The notes under the pieces: generated by a model
Databases searched by the model: none
The model's input: only the letters and a program-made list of their open reading frames with translations
What the model was told of the DNA's origin: nothing
Made by a program: the position numbers and the translations under genes
In this document: positions 48,014-57,746 of the stretch, one piece after another
How positions within the stretch are numbered: the stretch's first letter is position 1
Layout of the letters: each line of letters starts with the position of its first letter
Sequence record: SRR20825019_669
Direction: 5' to 3' (one strand)
DNA length: 64,000 nucleotides

Positions 48014-48958
48014 ATGGGGGATTCCAGCGTGACGAATGAAGACGCGATCAATGAATTGCTGAAACGCGGTATCAGCCATCATGAAGCCGACGAGGTTGTT
48101 GAGGCGCGCAACATATATGTCGAGATCCTTGAACGTGATCCGCAAAACCATCGGGCACTGGATCTTGCGGGTTTGCTCTGCATGCAGTGCGATGAGCTTG
48201 ACGCTGCCGCGGATTTTTTCGCTTCGGCCATCGAACTCGATCCTGAATCCGGCCGGTATCTCTGCCATGCGGGCACTCTTGAATTGCATCAGGGCAATTT
48301 TGGGAGAGCGACTGAGCTGTTGCTGAAGGCGATTGAAAACGATCCTGAAATCAGCGAGTCGTTTCTTTCTCTTGCGCTGGTTTACCGGGCAGAAAAGAAA
48401 ATCGGAGATGCAATCGCCGTTATTGAAAGCGGGCTGTCGCACGAGCCGGATAACAGCCGTTTGCTGACGTGGCGTGGTGTTCTTGAGGTTGATCGGGAAG
48501 ATCTTCCGAGTGCTGCCGAGTTCCTGCATCAGGCGATTGATGCCGATCATGATAATGTCGAAGCAATGGTCACGCTTGGTAATGTCATGGCGGAGCTTGA
48601 TGAGCTTGATGTGGCGCAACGCTGCTACAGCTCCGTCAAGGAGCGTGTACCGGAAGATATAGGAACCCGGTGCCGTCTTTCCGTTCTGCTCAAGCGCCTG
48701 GGCAAACGCGATGAAGCTGTCAAGGAACTTGAAGAGGCTTTTGCCGAGGCTCCGGCAGAAAGCGAGACCTTCAATGAAATCGCTTTGTTGTTTGAATCCC
48801 TCGGGCAGGATGACGATGCGATCGTCGCGGCCGAACGGGCGGTCGCTTTAGATGCGGATAACGCGGCGAGTTTTAAATTGCTCGCGCGGCTTCATGAGAA
48901 GGCTGGTAACGAAGAAGCGGCTAAAGAGGCCAAAGACCGGTCGTCCGCTCTTTCCTGA
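48014..48958 (+). CDS. Acidic TPR-only protein
   Basis: Eight to nine 34-aa-type repeats (AIELDPE, AIENDPE, AVALDAD); start 48014 or GTG 48029. Confidence 0.8.
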   Translation: MGDSSVTNEDAINELLKRGISHHEADEVVEARNIYVEILERDPQNHRALDLAGLLCMQCDELDAAADFFASAIELDPESGRYLCHAGTLELHQGNFGRATELLLKAIENDPEISESFLSLALVYRAEKKIGDAIAVIESGLSHEPDNSRLLTWRGVLEVDREDLPSAAEFLHQAIDADHDNVEAMVTLGNVMAELDELDVAQRCYSSVKERVPEDIGTRCRLSVLLKRLGKRDEAVKELEEAFAEAPAESETFNEIALLFESLGQDDDAIVAAERAVALDADNAASFKLLARLHEKAGNEEAAKEAKDRSSALS

Positions 48959-48972
48959 TTGTATCTTCCTTG

Positions 48973-49008
48973 GCTAACCGCATGCCATGCATGATGCGTG
49001 CGGTTAGC
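48973..49008. terminator. Hairpin between convergent TPR and FlgN-like genes
   Basis: GCTAACCGCATGC...GCGTGCGGTTAGC inverted repeat; no clear U-tract. Confidence 0.5.
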
Positions 49009-49015
49009 GCTCTTA

Positions 49016-49462
49016 TCAGAGACTTTTACTGACGGCCGCGATCGGCTGGGCGAGAGGGGCATAAGCTGCATAGCCTGTCCGGGGCTTGCCAAAGCTTGGT
49101 GCCTCCGCGTCGATACCGCGCTGCTTGCGAACCGATTCCATGATCAGTGAGACTACCCGTTCCGCGGCATCGTGGCTGGAGCGCAGCGCCAGCATGTTGT
49201 CCGACAGGGCACAACGGAACCGCTGATACAGATCCCGCAACTCTGTCCGGTCGTCATCCGGTACATTATCCAGAACTTCCGGATGCGCGCGTACCGCTGT
49301 CTGATGCTTGTCGAAGGACAGGGACAGCTGGCGCTTACGGGCCTGGAGCTTGTCCAGTGTCTTGAATTCGCGTTTTTTCAGCAGCGCGGTCTCTTCATTC
49401 AAGAGCTTCATCAACCCGATCATGCTCTCTCGGAAAGCTTCGACGATGGAATGATCAGGCAT
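49016..49462 (-). CDS. FlgN-like flagellar export chaperone
   Basis: L..LLNEETALL...K..L...F helical pattern; last gene after flgI and the rod-binding gene. Confidence 0.6.
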   Translation of the reverse strand: MPDHSIVEAFRESMIGLMKLLNEETALLKKREFKTLDKLQARKRQLSLSFDKHQTAVRAHPEVLDNVPDDDRTELRDLYQRFRCALSDNMLALRSSHDAAERVVSLIMESVRKQRGIDAEAPSFGKPRTGYAAYAPLAQPIAAVSKSL

Positions 49463-49463
49463 A

Positions 49464-49802
49464 TCAATTTACCTCCTGCAGAGAGATCAACTGGCGTTCG
49501 ATGTTATCGGCAAGTCCGATGCCGCCGGTGCCGGCCATTTGTTTGCCATACTCGTCGACCAGCAGGTCGCGGTAGATGTTTTCGGCCTGGCCGCCTCCGA
49601 ACAGCGGGTTGCTTTCCATTCCCTTGAACATGTGTCCAAGCATCTGGCTGATGAAGATGCCTTCGAATTCCTCGGCGGCATGGCGAATAGCCGTCTTGTC
49701 GCCACCTGCGGCCTGAAGTTTCTGGACCGCGGCGTTCGTGCGGGCACTTTGTGCCTGAGCGTTGGCGGCGGCGGAGTCAGTAAGGGATGTGGTTTGCATC
49801 AT
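49464..49802 (-). CDS. flgJ: Rod-binding protein (single-domain FlgJ)
   Basis: AAEEFEGIFISQML..MF, FGGGQAE..YRDLL.DEY, GGIGLA. Confidence 0.85.
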   Translation of the reverse strand: MMQTTSLTDSAAANAQAQSARTNAAVQKLQAAGGDKTAIRHAAEEFEGIFISQMLGHMFKGMESNPLFGGGQAENIYRDLLVDEYGKQMAGTGGIGLADNIERQLISLQEVN

Positions 49803-49810
49803 TCCGCTCC

Positions 49811-50968
49811 TTAAAGGACTTCTATTTCGGCTTGCAGGGCGCCTGCCGCCTTGATGGCCTGCAGGATCGAGATCAGGTCGCGGGGACCAATGCCGAGAGC
49901 GTTAAGCCCATCGACGAGTTCCTGGAGGGTCACGCTTTGCGCGAGGACGGAGAGCTGCTTGTCTTCGTCCTGATCGATCTCGATCTGGGTCCTTGGAACC
50001 GTGACGGTCTCGCCGGTCTGTGCGAAAGGCTGAGGCTGCGATACCTGCGGTGTTTCCGTGATCCGGATTGTCAGATTGCCCTGGGCGATCGCGACCGTGC
50101 TGATCCGCACATTCTCGCCCATCACGATAATGCCCGTGGTCTCGTTGATCACGACCTTCGCGGCAATATCTGGGGTCACGCGCAGCTGTTCCACGTCGGT
50201 GATAAGGGCAACGGCATTGCCCCGGTAATTTTCGGGAACGATCATCCGGACCGAGGCGAGATCGTTCGCCTGGGAGATCGGCAAACCGATAAAGGCGTTG
50301 ATGGCCTGGGAGATTCTGCGCGCCGTCGTGAAATCCGGATTCTTGAGAGCGATTGTGACGGTTTCCATGCTCTTCATCGAGAAGGAGATTTCCCGCTCGA
50401 TGATCGCACCATTGGCGATCCGGCCGTTGGTTGGCACACCTTGCGTCACGGTCTGCCCGTCACCAGCGGCAGAAATTGCCCCTGTCGCGATTGGCCCCTG
50501 GGCGACGGCATAAACTTCCCCGTCCGCACCAACCAGCGGGGTCACCAGCAAGGTGCCACCCAAGAGATCTTCGGCATCGCCGATGGCGGAGATGGAGACA
50601 TCAATACGGCTGCCCTGCTTGGAGAAGGGGGGCAGGGTCGCTGTCACCATGACGGCGGCGACATTGTCTGTATCGAGATTGTCGTCGCGGGCATTGACGC
50701 CGAGACGTTCGAGCATGCCGACAAGGCTTTCCCGGGTGAAGATTGCGCTGTCGAGCGCATCGCCGGTACCGTTCAGGCCGACCACAAGGCCGTAACCGAC
50801 CAGTATGTTTTCCCGAACGCCTTCGAAATCGACGATGTCCTTGATGCGGGTCTGGCCATGCGCATGCTGCACCGGCGCGACAATCATCAAAGCTGCCGTG
50901 GCCAGAAGGCCAAGGATTGAGCTTATGAAAAGCGATGAGCGGGTCTTTTTGATTTCTTGGGGCCGCAT
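49811..50968 (-). CDS. flgI: Flagellar P-ring protein FlgI
   Basis: RIKDI..GVREN.LVGYGLVVGLNGTGD, NVAAVMVTA, AIKAAGALQAE. Confidence 0.96.
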   Translation of the reverse strand: MRPQEIKKTRSSLFISSILGLLATAALMIVAPVQHAHGQTRIKDIVDFEGVRENILVGYGLVVGLNGTGDALDSAIFTRESLVGMLERLGVNARDDNLDTDNVAAVMVTATLPPFSKQGSRIDVSISAIGDAEDLLGGTLLVTPLVGADGEVYAVAQGPIATGAISAAGDGQTVTQGVPTNGRIANGAIIEREISFSMKSMETVTIALKNPDFTTARRISQAINAFIGLPISQANDLASVRMIVPENYRGNAVALITDVEQLRVTPDIAAKVVINETTGIIVMGENVRISTVAIAQGNLTIRITETPQVSQPQPFAQTGETVTVPRTQIEIDQDEDKQLSVLAQSVTLQELVDGLNALGIGPRDLISILQAIKAAGALQAEIEVL

Positions 50969-51027
50969 CTCTATCGGTTCCTCGTGTTCTCGTGGGCCGC
51001 TTCCGGACCCTAGTCGATAGGCATTAT

Positions 51028-51042
51028 GCGAATATCGTGCCA
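51028..51042 (-). promoter_or_regulatory. Sigma54 promoter of the flgI operon
   Basis: Minus strand TGGCACGATATTCGC (GG-N10-GC). Confidence 0.78.
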
Positions 51043-51188
51043 ATCGTTGCGTGATGCTGGGCCGGACCTTCCGCCATGGCTATGTGACGGCTTCGCATCG
51101 GGTGAACAGGCTGAAACCGTGAGGCTTTATTCGCTATGACGCTGTCTTAACGATAGTGTATGACTCGGGAACAGGTAGGGTTTGCAGT

Positions 51189-51611
51189 ATGAAAATAGAT
51201 CCATCACGCCGCGTCAGTACCCCCGCCACCCGCAAAACCTCCAAGTCGGGCGGTGCAAGTGGGACACAATTTTCCGGTCTTCTGGACGGTGCCGGGGAAA
51301 GTACGTCCGCGCAGGGCGGTAGCCCCGCTATGTCCGTCGACGGGCTTCTTGCCGTTCAGGAAGCAAACGCTGATGGCCGGGGCCGGGGAAAGCAGGGCGC
51401 GGAACGCGGAGAAGACCTGTTGTCCCGGCTGGAGCGGATTCGCGATGGCCTTCTTATGGGCGCAATCCCGGAATCTGAATTGCGCTCACTTGCAACCAGT
51501 ATCAGCACGACGCGAGAGCGAAATTTCACCGACCCCCGGCTGGGCGAAATACTGGATGAAATCGAGCTTCGGGCGCGGGTCGAACTTGCAAAACTCGGCA
51601 CTTTTTTGTGA
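51189..51611 (+). CDS. fliX: Flagellar assembly regulator FliX
   Basis: VDGLLAVQE, RGEDLL..LE.IR.GLL.G, DEIELRARVELAKL; divergent from flgI. Confidence 0.92.
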   Translation: MKIDPSRRVSTPATRKTSKSGGASGTQFSGLLDGAGESTSAQGGSPAMSVDGLLAVQEANADGRGRGKQGAERGEDLLSRLERIRDGLLMGAIPESELRSLATSISTTRERNFTDPRLGEILDEIELRARVELAKLGTFL

Positions 51612-51787
51612 TTTGGCGTCCTGGTTTTAGATTTTTTCAGTTATTTCAATGATTTGTGCGTTTAAAAAGTCGCGCGCTTAATCTGAAAACAGAGGGTTGA
51701 AACCTAGTGGGGGCCGGACATATACTCCGGCCGCTCGAAAAGGGCAGAAAGCTTGCCTTTCATCAGCCTTTGTCGTGGAGGACCGGG

Positions 51788-52204
51788 ATGAGCGTCACTT
51801 TGCCGCCGGACTATACGCCGTCGGAAGACGAAGAGTTTATGAATTCAAAGCAGCAGGAATATTTCCGGCAAAAGCTGCTGAAGTGGCGGGCTGAGCTTCT
51901 GCACGAAGCGAACGAGACGCTGAGCCACTTGACCCAGGAAAATCTGCAGAAGCCAGATATGGCTGATCGCGCCTCGCTTGAGACGGATCATCAGATCGAA
52001 CTGCGAACCCGGGATCGTGAACGTAAGCTGATCAGCAAGATCGATGCGGCGATTCAGCGAATCGAGGACGGCAATTACGGATATTGCGAAGAGACGGATG
52101 AGCCGATCGGCTTGCGGCGTCTTGAAGCACGCCCGATTGCGACTTTGAGCCTTGAGGCTCAGGAGCGTCATGAGCGCCTTGAACGGACACATCGCGACGA
52201 CTGA
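51788..52204 (+). CDS. dksA: RNA polymerase-binding protein DksA
   Basis: EEFMN..Q.EYFRQKL, DMADRAS.E, YGYCEET.EPIG..RLEARP. Confidence 0.95.
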   Translation: MSVTLPPDYTPSEDEEFMNSKQQEYFRQKLLKWRAELLHEANETLSHLTQENLQKPDMADRASLETDHQIELRTRDRERKLISKIDAAIQRIEDGNYGYCEETDEPIGLRRLEARPIATLSLEAQERHERLERTHRDD

Positions 52205-52230
52205 TTGCGATTCATCCGTATGACATCATA

Positions 52231-52266
52231 AAAAACGGGCCGTTCCTTTTGGAGAGGCCCGTTTTT
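52231..52266 (+). terminator. Intrinsic terminator after dksA
   Basis: AAAAACGGGCC...GGCCCGTTTTT. Confidence 0.8.
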
Positions 52267-52310
52267 GTTTTGCTTATGTCACTGGCGTGATCGATGCGCG
52301 ATCAGAATAG

Positions 52311-52339
52311 AACCGGGCGGTAAATTTTACCGCCCGGTT
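52311..52339. terminator. Inverted repeat just after the flgH stop
   Basis: AACCGGGCGGTAAA-T-TTTACCGCCCGGTT. Confidence 0.6.
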
Positions 52340-52347
52340 TTGTTGGA

Positions 52348-53112
52348 TCAGAAGGGCATCAGGATTTCGAGAGCCTGGGCACCGTAGCGCTGCTGCTGCA
52401 GATCGGAAATCTGGCCGCGGCCACCATAAGCGATGCGGGCTTCCGCCATTTCGTCATAACTGACGGTGTTCTCTGCCGTGATGTCTGCTGCCCGGATTAC
52501 GCCACCGACAACAATCTCGCGCACTTCCATGTTGACCCGAACTTCCTGGCGGCCGAACAGCACCATATTCCCGTTCGGCAGCTGCTGCGTAACCACGGCG
52601 GCAACGCGCAGGCTGATGGTCTCGTTCCGGTCAATCCGGCCACGGCCGTCATTCGTCATGCTTGAGTCCAGATCCACAAGACCTGCCCCCGTGGTCCCTT
52701 CGGCGAAAACGTCGCTCAGCAGGGATTCGGCTCCGAACAATCCGTTCAGGCCCAGGCCATCCGAATGTGTGCGGTCATGCCGGGTGCGGTTATCGATCGC
52801 TGCTTCGTCCGCGATCTCGACAACCACCGTGATGATGTCGCCGACCTGGCTGGCGCGCTGATCTTCGAAGAAAGCGCGGGAGCCTTCAACCCAGAGCGAG
52901 TTGGCCTGCCGGGTGGCTGTTACCGGGGCCGGCATCGGCATGGAAACCGGCCGGTAGTTACTCGCCTGCGTCGGGTTCTGAATTGCAGAGAGTTCCGGGG
53001 TTTTGCCGATGTCTGCAAGACGTTGGAAGACGTTGCAGGCACTCACAGACATGCCAACCAGGGCAACAGCTGTGAGGCGGGAGAGCAGAGCGGGGAGGGA
53101 CTTGTTTTTCAT
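52348..53112 (-). CDS. flgH: Flagellar L-ring lipoprotein FlgH
   Basis: Lipobox VSAC, FFEDQRA..VGDIITV, LPNGN, AEARIAYGG, ends MPF. Confidence 0.95.
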   Translation of the reverse strand: MKNKSLPALLSRLTAVALVGMSVSACNVFQRLADIGKTPELSAIQNPTQASNYRPVSMPMPAPVTATRQANSLWVEGSRAFFEDQRASQVGDIITVVVEIADEAAIDNRTRHDRTHSDGLGLNGLFGAESLLSDVFAEGTTGAGLVDLDSSMTNDGRGRIDRNETISLRVAAVVTQQLPNGNMVLFGRQEVRVNMEVREIVVGGVIRAADITAENTVSYDEMAEARIAYGGRGQISDLQQQRYGAQALEILMPF

Positions 53113-53138
53113 TGTTCCGGTTCCTTTGAAAGGAGTGC

Positions 53139-54125
53139 CTAGTTCATCGCAAGACGCGGGCCAGCCACGGAGACGATGCCGGACTGGGTGATCGAGCCGA
53201 CAACGGTCTTGCCGCTGGAAAGGTTCTTCACGCGGATGGTGTCTTTCAGGGCGCCGTTCTCGAGGGCTTGGCCGCGCAGTGTCAGCGTCATGAAGGAGGT
53301 TCTGAAGACCATGGTCACCAGATCGCCCTTGTGGATCAGTTCGATCGGCTTCACATCGGTGCGCCGGATCACGCGGCCTGCGGTGATCGGGCGGCGGGCG
53401 CTCATGCCGATGAGCTGGTCGGCAGAAGTTACCGTGTTGTAGTTGCTTCGGCGGGCACGCATTGCCGTCCAGACGATGTCGCTGGCATGGATCGTCTCGC
53501 CTGGAGCGGTATGCTTGCTCAGGACCGGAACCTCGATAACCGGGTAGACTGCGCCCTGGGTCTGGGCGCGGATGATCTTGCCGTTACCGATCGGCACGGA
53601 GATAGAGGCCGCGAAACGCTGGTTCTGGCTGTTGTAGTCGATGGTATCGACCGAGATTTCCGGCGTCATGCCTGCCGGGATCATCAATGTCAGCCGGCGG
53701 TTGGTCAGTTCCACATCAATGTTATCGGCAACATAATCCCGTTGCAGACGGTCTGTGATGGCTTCCCGGATCAGCTGCAGTGGTACCGCCCGGCCTTCAC
53801 GTTGGACCGTGACACGTACACGATTGTGCTGCGGTGCCCAGTCAAGGTCGTGGACCGCTGCCAGTTTTTGCAGCGTGCCAAGCCGGACGACCATGTTCTC
53901 GCCAGGGAGCGGGGCATCGCCGACGCGAGCATCCTTTCCGGCCGGCAGGCCGATGAAAAGATCGCTCAGCATCAACGAGTCGCTGTCGAGCATGACGGTC
54001 TCATTCGCAAAGAGCGGTGTGCCCTGGGTCCCGTTCGCCGCCACCGGCTGCGGGGTGCCGAGGGCAATCCCGAATAGCGCGGCGGCCGTGATGAGCGTCA
54101 GTGACTTCAGCATTTTGCGTGTCAT
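53139..54125 (-). CDS. flgA: P-ring formation chaperone FlgA
   Basis: Signal peptide, SAF-like PGETI..SDI, GQALENG...IRVKNL.SGK; between flgG and flgH. Confidence 0.9.
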   Translation of the reverse strand: MTRKMLKSLTLITAAALFGIALGTPQPVAANGTQGTPLFANETVMLDSDSLMLSDLFIGLPAGKDARVGDAPLPGENMVVRLGTLQKLAAVHDLDWAPQHNRVRVTVQREGRAVPLQLIREAITDRLQRDYVADNIDVELTNRRLTLMIPAGMTPEISVDTIDYNSQNQRFAASISVPIGNGKIIRAQTQGAVYPVIEVPVLSKHTAPGETIHASDIVWTAMRARRSNYNTVTSADQLIGMSARRPITAGRVIRRTDVKPIELIHKGDLVTMVFRTSFMTLTLRGQALENGALKDTIRVKNLSSGKTVVGSITQSGIVSVAGPRLAMN

Positions 54126-54159
54126 GTCGTTACTCCCTGGTTTCCGGGTTCAGGCCGCA

Positions 54160-54945
54160 TTAGCGAACCTGATTGACCGTGGCCATCATCTGATCCGAGG
54201 TCTCGATGACCTTCGAATTCAATTCGTAAGCGCGCTGGGCCGTGATCAGGTCGGTGATTTCCTGAACCGGATCCACGTTCGAGGATTCGATGTAGCCCTG
54301 GAACAAACCACCGAAACCGGCGGTTTCCGGGGTTGCTGTGCTTGGCGCACCGGAAGCCTCGGTTTCGAGCAGCAGGTTGTTACCCGCATGCTCAAGGCCG
54401 GCATCGTTCTGGAATGTCGCCAACTGGATCTGGCCGACATTCGATTCCGCCGTCTGGCCGTCCAGTTTCACAAGGACCTGGCCGGACTGGTTGATCGTCA
54501 CGCCGATGGCGCCGGCCGGAACGGTGATGCCCGGCTGCACGGTGTAGCCGTCAGCGGTCACCAGCTCGCCGGTCTGGCTCACCTGGAAGGAGCCATCACG
54601 GGTATATGCCGTCTCACCGTCCGGAAGCTGGACCTGGAAGTAACCGTTGCCCCGGATGGCCAGATCGAACTGGTTATCCGTGAGGATCAGGGAGCCCTGC
54701 TCGTTGACCCGGTAGGTGGCGGCGGTACGTACACCGACACCAAGCTGGATACCGGACGGGACAATCGTGCCCGCATCCGAGGAGTTAGAGCCAACCCGCC
54801 GCAGATCTTGATACAGCAGGTCCTGGAACTGGGCCCGGTGCCGCTTGAAGGCGGTGGTGTTCATGTTGGCGATGTTGTTGGAGATGACCTCGACGTTGGT
54901 CTGCTGAGCCAGCATGCCGGTGGAGGCGATGTTCAAAGATTGCAT
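54160..54945 (-). CDS. flgG: Distal rod protein FlgG
   Basis: ISNNIANMNTTAFK, FQDLLYQ, YTRDGSF, ESSNVDPV.E...LITAQRAYE. Confidence 0.96.
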   Translation of the reverse strand: MQSLNIASTGMLAQQTNVEVISNNIANMNTTAFKRHRAQFQDLLYQDLRRVGSNSSDAGTIVPSGIQLGVGVRTAATYRVNEQGSLILTDNQFDLAIRGNGYFQVQLPDGETAYTRDGSFQVSQTGELVTADGYTVQPGITVPAGAIGVTINQSGQVLVKLDGQTAESNVGQIQLATFQNDAGLEHAGNNLLLETEASGAPSTATPETAGFGGLFQGYIESSNVDPVQEITDLITAQRAYELNSKVIETSDQMMATVNQVR

Positions 54946-54969
54946 GGTTTTCTTCCTTCTTCCGGCAAA

Positions 54970-55695
54970 TTAAGCGGCTGTAGCGGTGCCGAGTTTACGG
55001 ACCGAGGTGCGAAGTCTTTCAGCTTCCTGGTCCAACATATTCTTCACGCCTTCGTAGCTGCGTTGGATGTCGATCATCCGTGTCAGCTCCGTGATCGCGG
55101 AAACGTTCGATGTCTCAAGGTGGCCCTGGAGTAATTTTGAGTTTTCGGAAGGCCTGGGCTGTTCCGTCGTCTCAAAGGTGCTGCCGCCTCGCTTGTGCAT
55201 CCGGGGCAGATCGTCAAACTCGACGATCTTCAGATTGCCGAGCACTTCCGGTCCGGCGCTGATGGTACCGTCGTTTGAGATTTCGATCTTGCGGCCGTCC
55301 TGCGGGATGAAGATCGGGTTGTCGTTCAGGTCCATGACCAGCTCGCCATTGCCGGTGACCAGCTGGTTATCCGGGTCGAGCTTGAAGTTGCCATTACGCG
55401 TGTACATCTGCTCCCGGCCGTTATCGACCGTGAAGAAGCCGGGGCCTTCGATGGCGACATCGAACGTGTTCTGCGTCGGCTGAAGCGTGCCGGGCTGATG
55501 GATGACGATGGTTCCGTGGTCGATCACGAAATCCAGTTTTTCGTCCATCTTGGTGTCTGTTTCATAAGGCGAGTAGAGAGCGATTTCCCGCTTGAAGGCG
55601 GCGGTGCTTGAGTTCGCGATGTTGTTGGCGACCAAAGACAGCTCGCGCCGAAGGGCGGATTGCCGGGAGAGCCCGATATAGATCGCATTTTCCAT
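54970..55695 (-). CDS. flgF: Proximal rod protein FlgF
   Basis: MENAIYIGLSRQ, VANNIAN, YTRNGNF, LETSNV, QRSYE. Confidence 0.93.
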   Translation of the reverse strand: MENAIYIGLSRQSALRRELSLVANNIANSSTAAFKREIALYSPYETDTKMDEKLDFVIDHGTIVIHQPGTLQPTQNTFDVAIEGPGFFTVDNGREQMYTRNGNFKLDPDNQLVTGNGELVMDLNDNPIFIPQDGRKIEISNDGTISAGPEVLGNLKIVEFDDLPRMHKRGGSTFETTEQPRPSENSKLLQGHLETSNVSAITELTRMIDIQRSYEGVKNMLDQEAERLRTSVRKLGTATAA

Positions 55696-55755
55696 GACGA
55701 TAATTCCCAACCAGTGTCAAAATCGCCGCTTTCTACGGCCGTTGCCGACTACTAA

Positions 55756-55880
55756 GCAGGTTTCATGCCAGTTAGAAAAATATGAAAAATCAAATGCTTG
55801 GGTTTCACTGTAACGGGCGCTGGGTCGGGCGCGGGCTCCCTGAATGGCACGTCGGGCCAGGGGTGGAAGCTTTTGCCGGG
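55756..55880 (-). promoter_or_regulatory. Sigma54 promoter of flgFGAH with IHF site and upstream ftr-like enhancer
   Basis: Minus TGGCATGAAACCTGC 55756-55770; AATCAA-ATGC-TTG 55788-55800; minus CCCGGCAAAAGCTTCC 55865-55880. Confidence 0.78.
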
Positions 55881-56150
55881 CGATGTTTTGGAGCGGAGCG
55901 GCCTCGCATACGGCATCTCAAGTCTTGTGCGCATGCGTCTTTAGAGTCTGGGTTCGCTCATTTCGCGAAGTTTATGATAAATATGGAGAATTAGTGGGCT
56001 ATATGCTTTACTCTTTAACCGTGTCCGGTTGCCGATACTGGGACTGCGTGCATTATTTAATAAGCGCGCCGGTCGGGTCAGACTGAATGCGCTTTGCCAT
56101 ATTCAGCCCTTTTCGGGCTGTTGAGATGGGTTTGGAACAGGACGGAACGC

Positions 56151-56690
56151 ATGGCCGAGGAAGGCGAAGTCGTTGAGGACGGTGGTGACGCGGGTGAAGA
56201 AGAGAGCAGTCGTAAGCTAAGTCCCAAGAAAATCATCCTGTTTGTATTGCTGCCTCTGTTGCTCCTCGTCGGAGTTGGGGCGGGGGCGGCGATCATGCTT
56301 GGCATGCTGGGCGGTGAAGAGCCTCCTTCTGAAGTCGAGGCTGGAGCGGAACACCAGGAAGTGGTGGAAGAGAAGCCTTCTGCCCAGGCGATTTTCTTCG
56401 AGGTGCCCGACCTTATCGTCAATCTGAATACGAACAGTCGCAAAACGGCATTCCTGAAGATTAAAATCGCGCTGGAAGTCAGCGATCCGGCGGATGTGGA
56501 TGTCGTTAATCAGAACTTGCCGCGTATCGTGGACAATTTTCAGGTATATTTACGTGAGCTTCGCGTGGACGACCTGCAAGGCTCCGCCGGCATGTATCGC
56601 TTGCGCGAGGAATTGCTCCGGCGTGTGAACCTCGCGGTTCGCCCGGCGCGGGTGAAAGACGTGCTGTTCAAGGAAATGCTGGTTCAGTGA
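56151..56690 (+). CDS. fliL: Flagellar basal body protein FliL
   Basis: Single TM, IVNL, PRIVDNFQVYLRELR, VLFKEMLVQ. Confidence 0.93.
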   Translation: MAEEGEVVEDGGDAGEEESSRKLSPKKIILFVLLPLLLLVGVGAGAAIMLGMLGGEEPPSEVEAGAEHQEVVEEKPSAQAIFFEVPDLIVNLNTNSRKTAFLKIKIALEVSDPADVDVVNQNLPRIVDNFQVYLRELRVDDLQGSAGMYRLREELLRRVNLAVRPARVKDVLFKEMLVQ

Positions 56691-56699
56691 GGAATTCGC

Positions 56700-57737
56700 A
56701 TGGCCGATGATGATCTCGCCGCCGAATGGGAGGCGATGGGTGAAGACGATGAAGATGATGTTGGTGGCGGCAGTGGTACAGGCGCCCGAGTCCTAAACCA
56801 GGACGAAATCGACTCTCTTCTCGGATTTGACGAAGGCGCCGGCGGTGATGGCGATACCTCCGGTATCCAGGCCATCGTCAATTCGGCTCTGGTCTCCTAT
56901 GAACGTCTTCCGATGCTTGAGGTCGTGTTCGACCGTCTCGTCCGGATGATGTCGACCAGCCTGCGTAACTTTACCTCAGATAACGTTGAGGTCTCGCTCG
57001 ACAACATCACCTCCATTCGCTTCGGCGATTATCTGAACTCGATCCCGCTACCGGCGATGCTGAGCGTGTTCAAGGCGGAGGAATGGGACAATTACGGCCT
57101 GCTTGTCGTCGATTCGGCTCTGATCTATTCCATCGTGGACGTGCTGCTCGGCGGTCGCCGGGGCACGGCGGCGATGCGTATTGAAGGCCGTCCCTACACC
57201 ACGATCGAACGCAATCTGGTGGAACGGATGGTCACGGTTGTGCTGAGCGATCTGTCTGCCGCGTTCGATCCGTTGAGTCCGGTGACATTCCGGTTCGACC
57301 GGCTGGAAACCAACCCGCGATTCGCCACGATTGCCCGGCCCGCCAATGCGGCGGTGCTGGCGCGCCTTCGTATCGATATGGAAGATCGCGGCGGGCGCCT
57401 TGAGCTGATGCTTCCCTATGCAACCCTTGAGCCGGTTCGCGAGCTGCTTCTGCAGATGTTCATGGGGGAGAAATTCGGCCGTGACTCGATCTGGGAAACT
57501 CACTTGGCGAACGAGCTGTGGGCAACGGATATCGAGCTTGAAGCCGTGCTGGACCAGGTCGTCCTGTCGCTCAACGATGTCCTGAACTGGAAGCCGGGCA
57601 CGAAGCTGTTGCTGAACGCCAGTCCGAAATCGACAATCGACATGCGGTGCGGCGACGTTCCGCTCTTTGTCGGCGGAATGGGGCAGAGGAACGGCAATAT
57701 CGCGGTCAAGATCAAGCAGAAGCTGCGAAAGATGTAG
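56700..57737 (+). CDS. fliM: Flagellar motor switch protein FliM
   Basis: VLNQDEIDSLL, ERLPMLEVVFDR, LLGG, ETNPRF. Confidence 0.96.
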   Translation: MADDDLAAEWEAMGEDDEDDVGGGSGTGARVLNQDEIDSLLGFDEGAGGDGDTSGIQAIVNSALVSYERLPMLEVVFDRLVRMMSTSLRNFTSDNVEVSLDNITSIRFGDYLNSIPLPAMLSVFKAEEWDNYGLLVVDSALIYSIVDVLLGGRRGTAAMRIEGRPYTTIERNLVERMVTVVLSDLSAAFDPLSPVTFRFDRLETNPRFATIARPANAAVLARLRIDMEDRGGRLELMLPYATLEPVRELLLQMFMGEKFGRDSIWETHLANELWATDIELEAVLDQVVLSLNDVLNWKPGTKLLLNASPKSTIDMRCGDVPLFVGGMGQRNGNIAVKIKQKLRKM

Positions 57738-57746
57738 GCGGACGGA

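Noticed and set aside
51788..52204. dksA embedded in flagellar genes and lacking a four-Cys zinc finger
   Set aside because: Both the fliX-dksA linkage and the single-Cys DksA are ordinary for alphaproteobacteria
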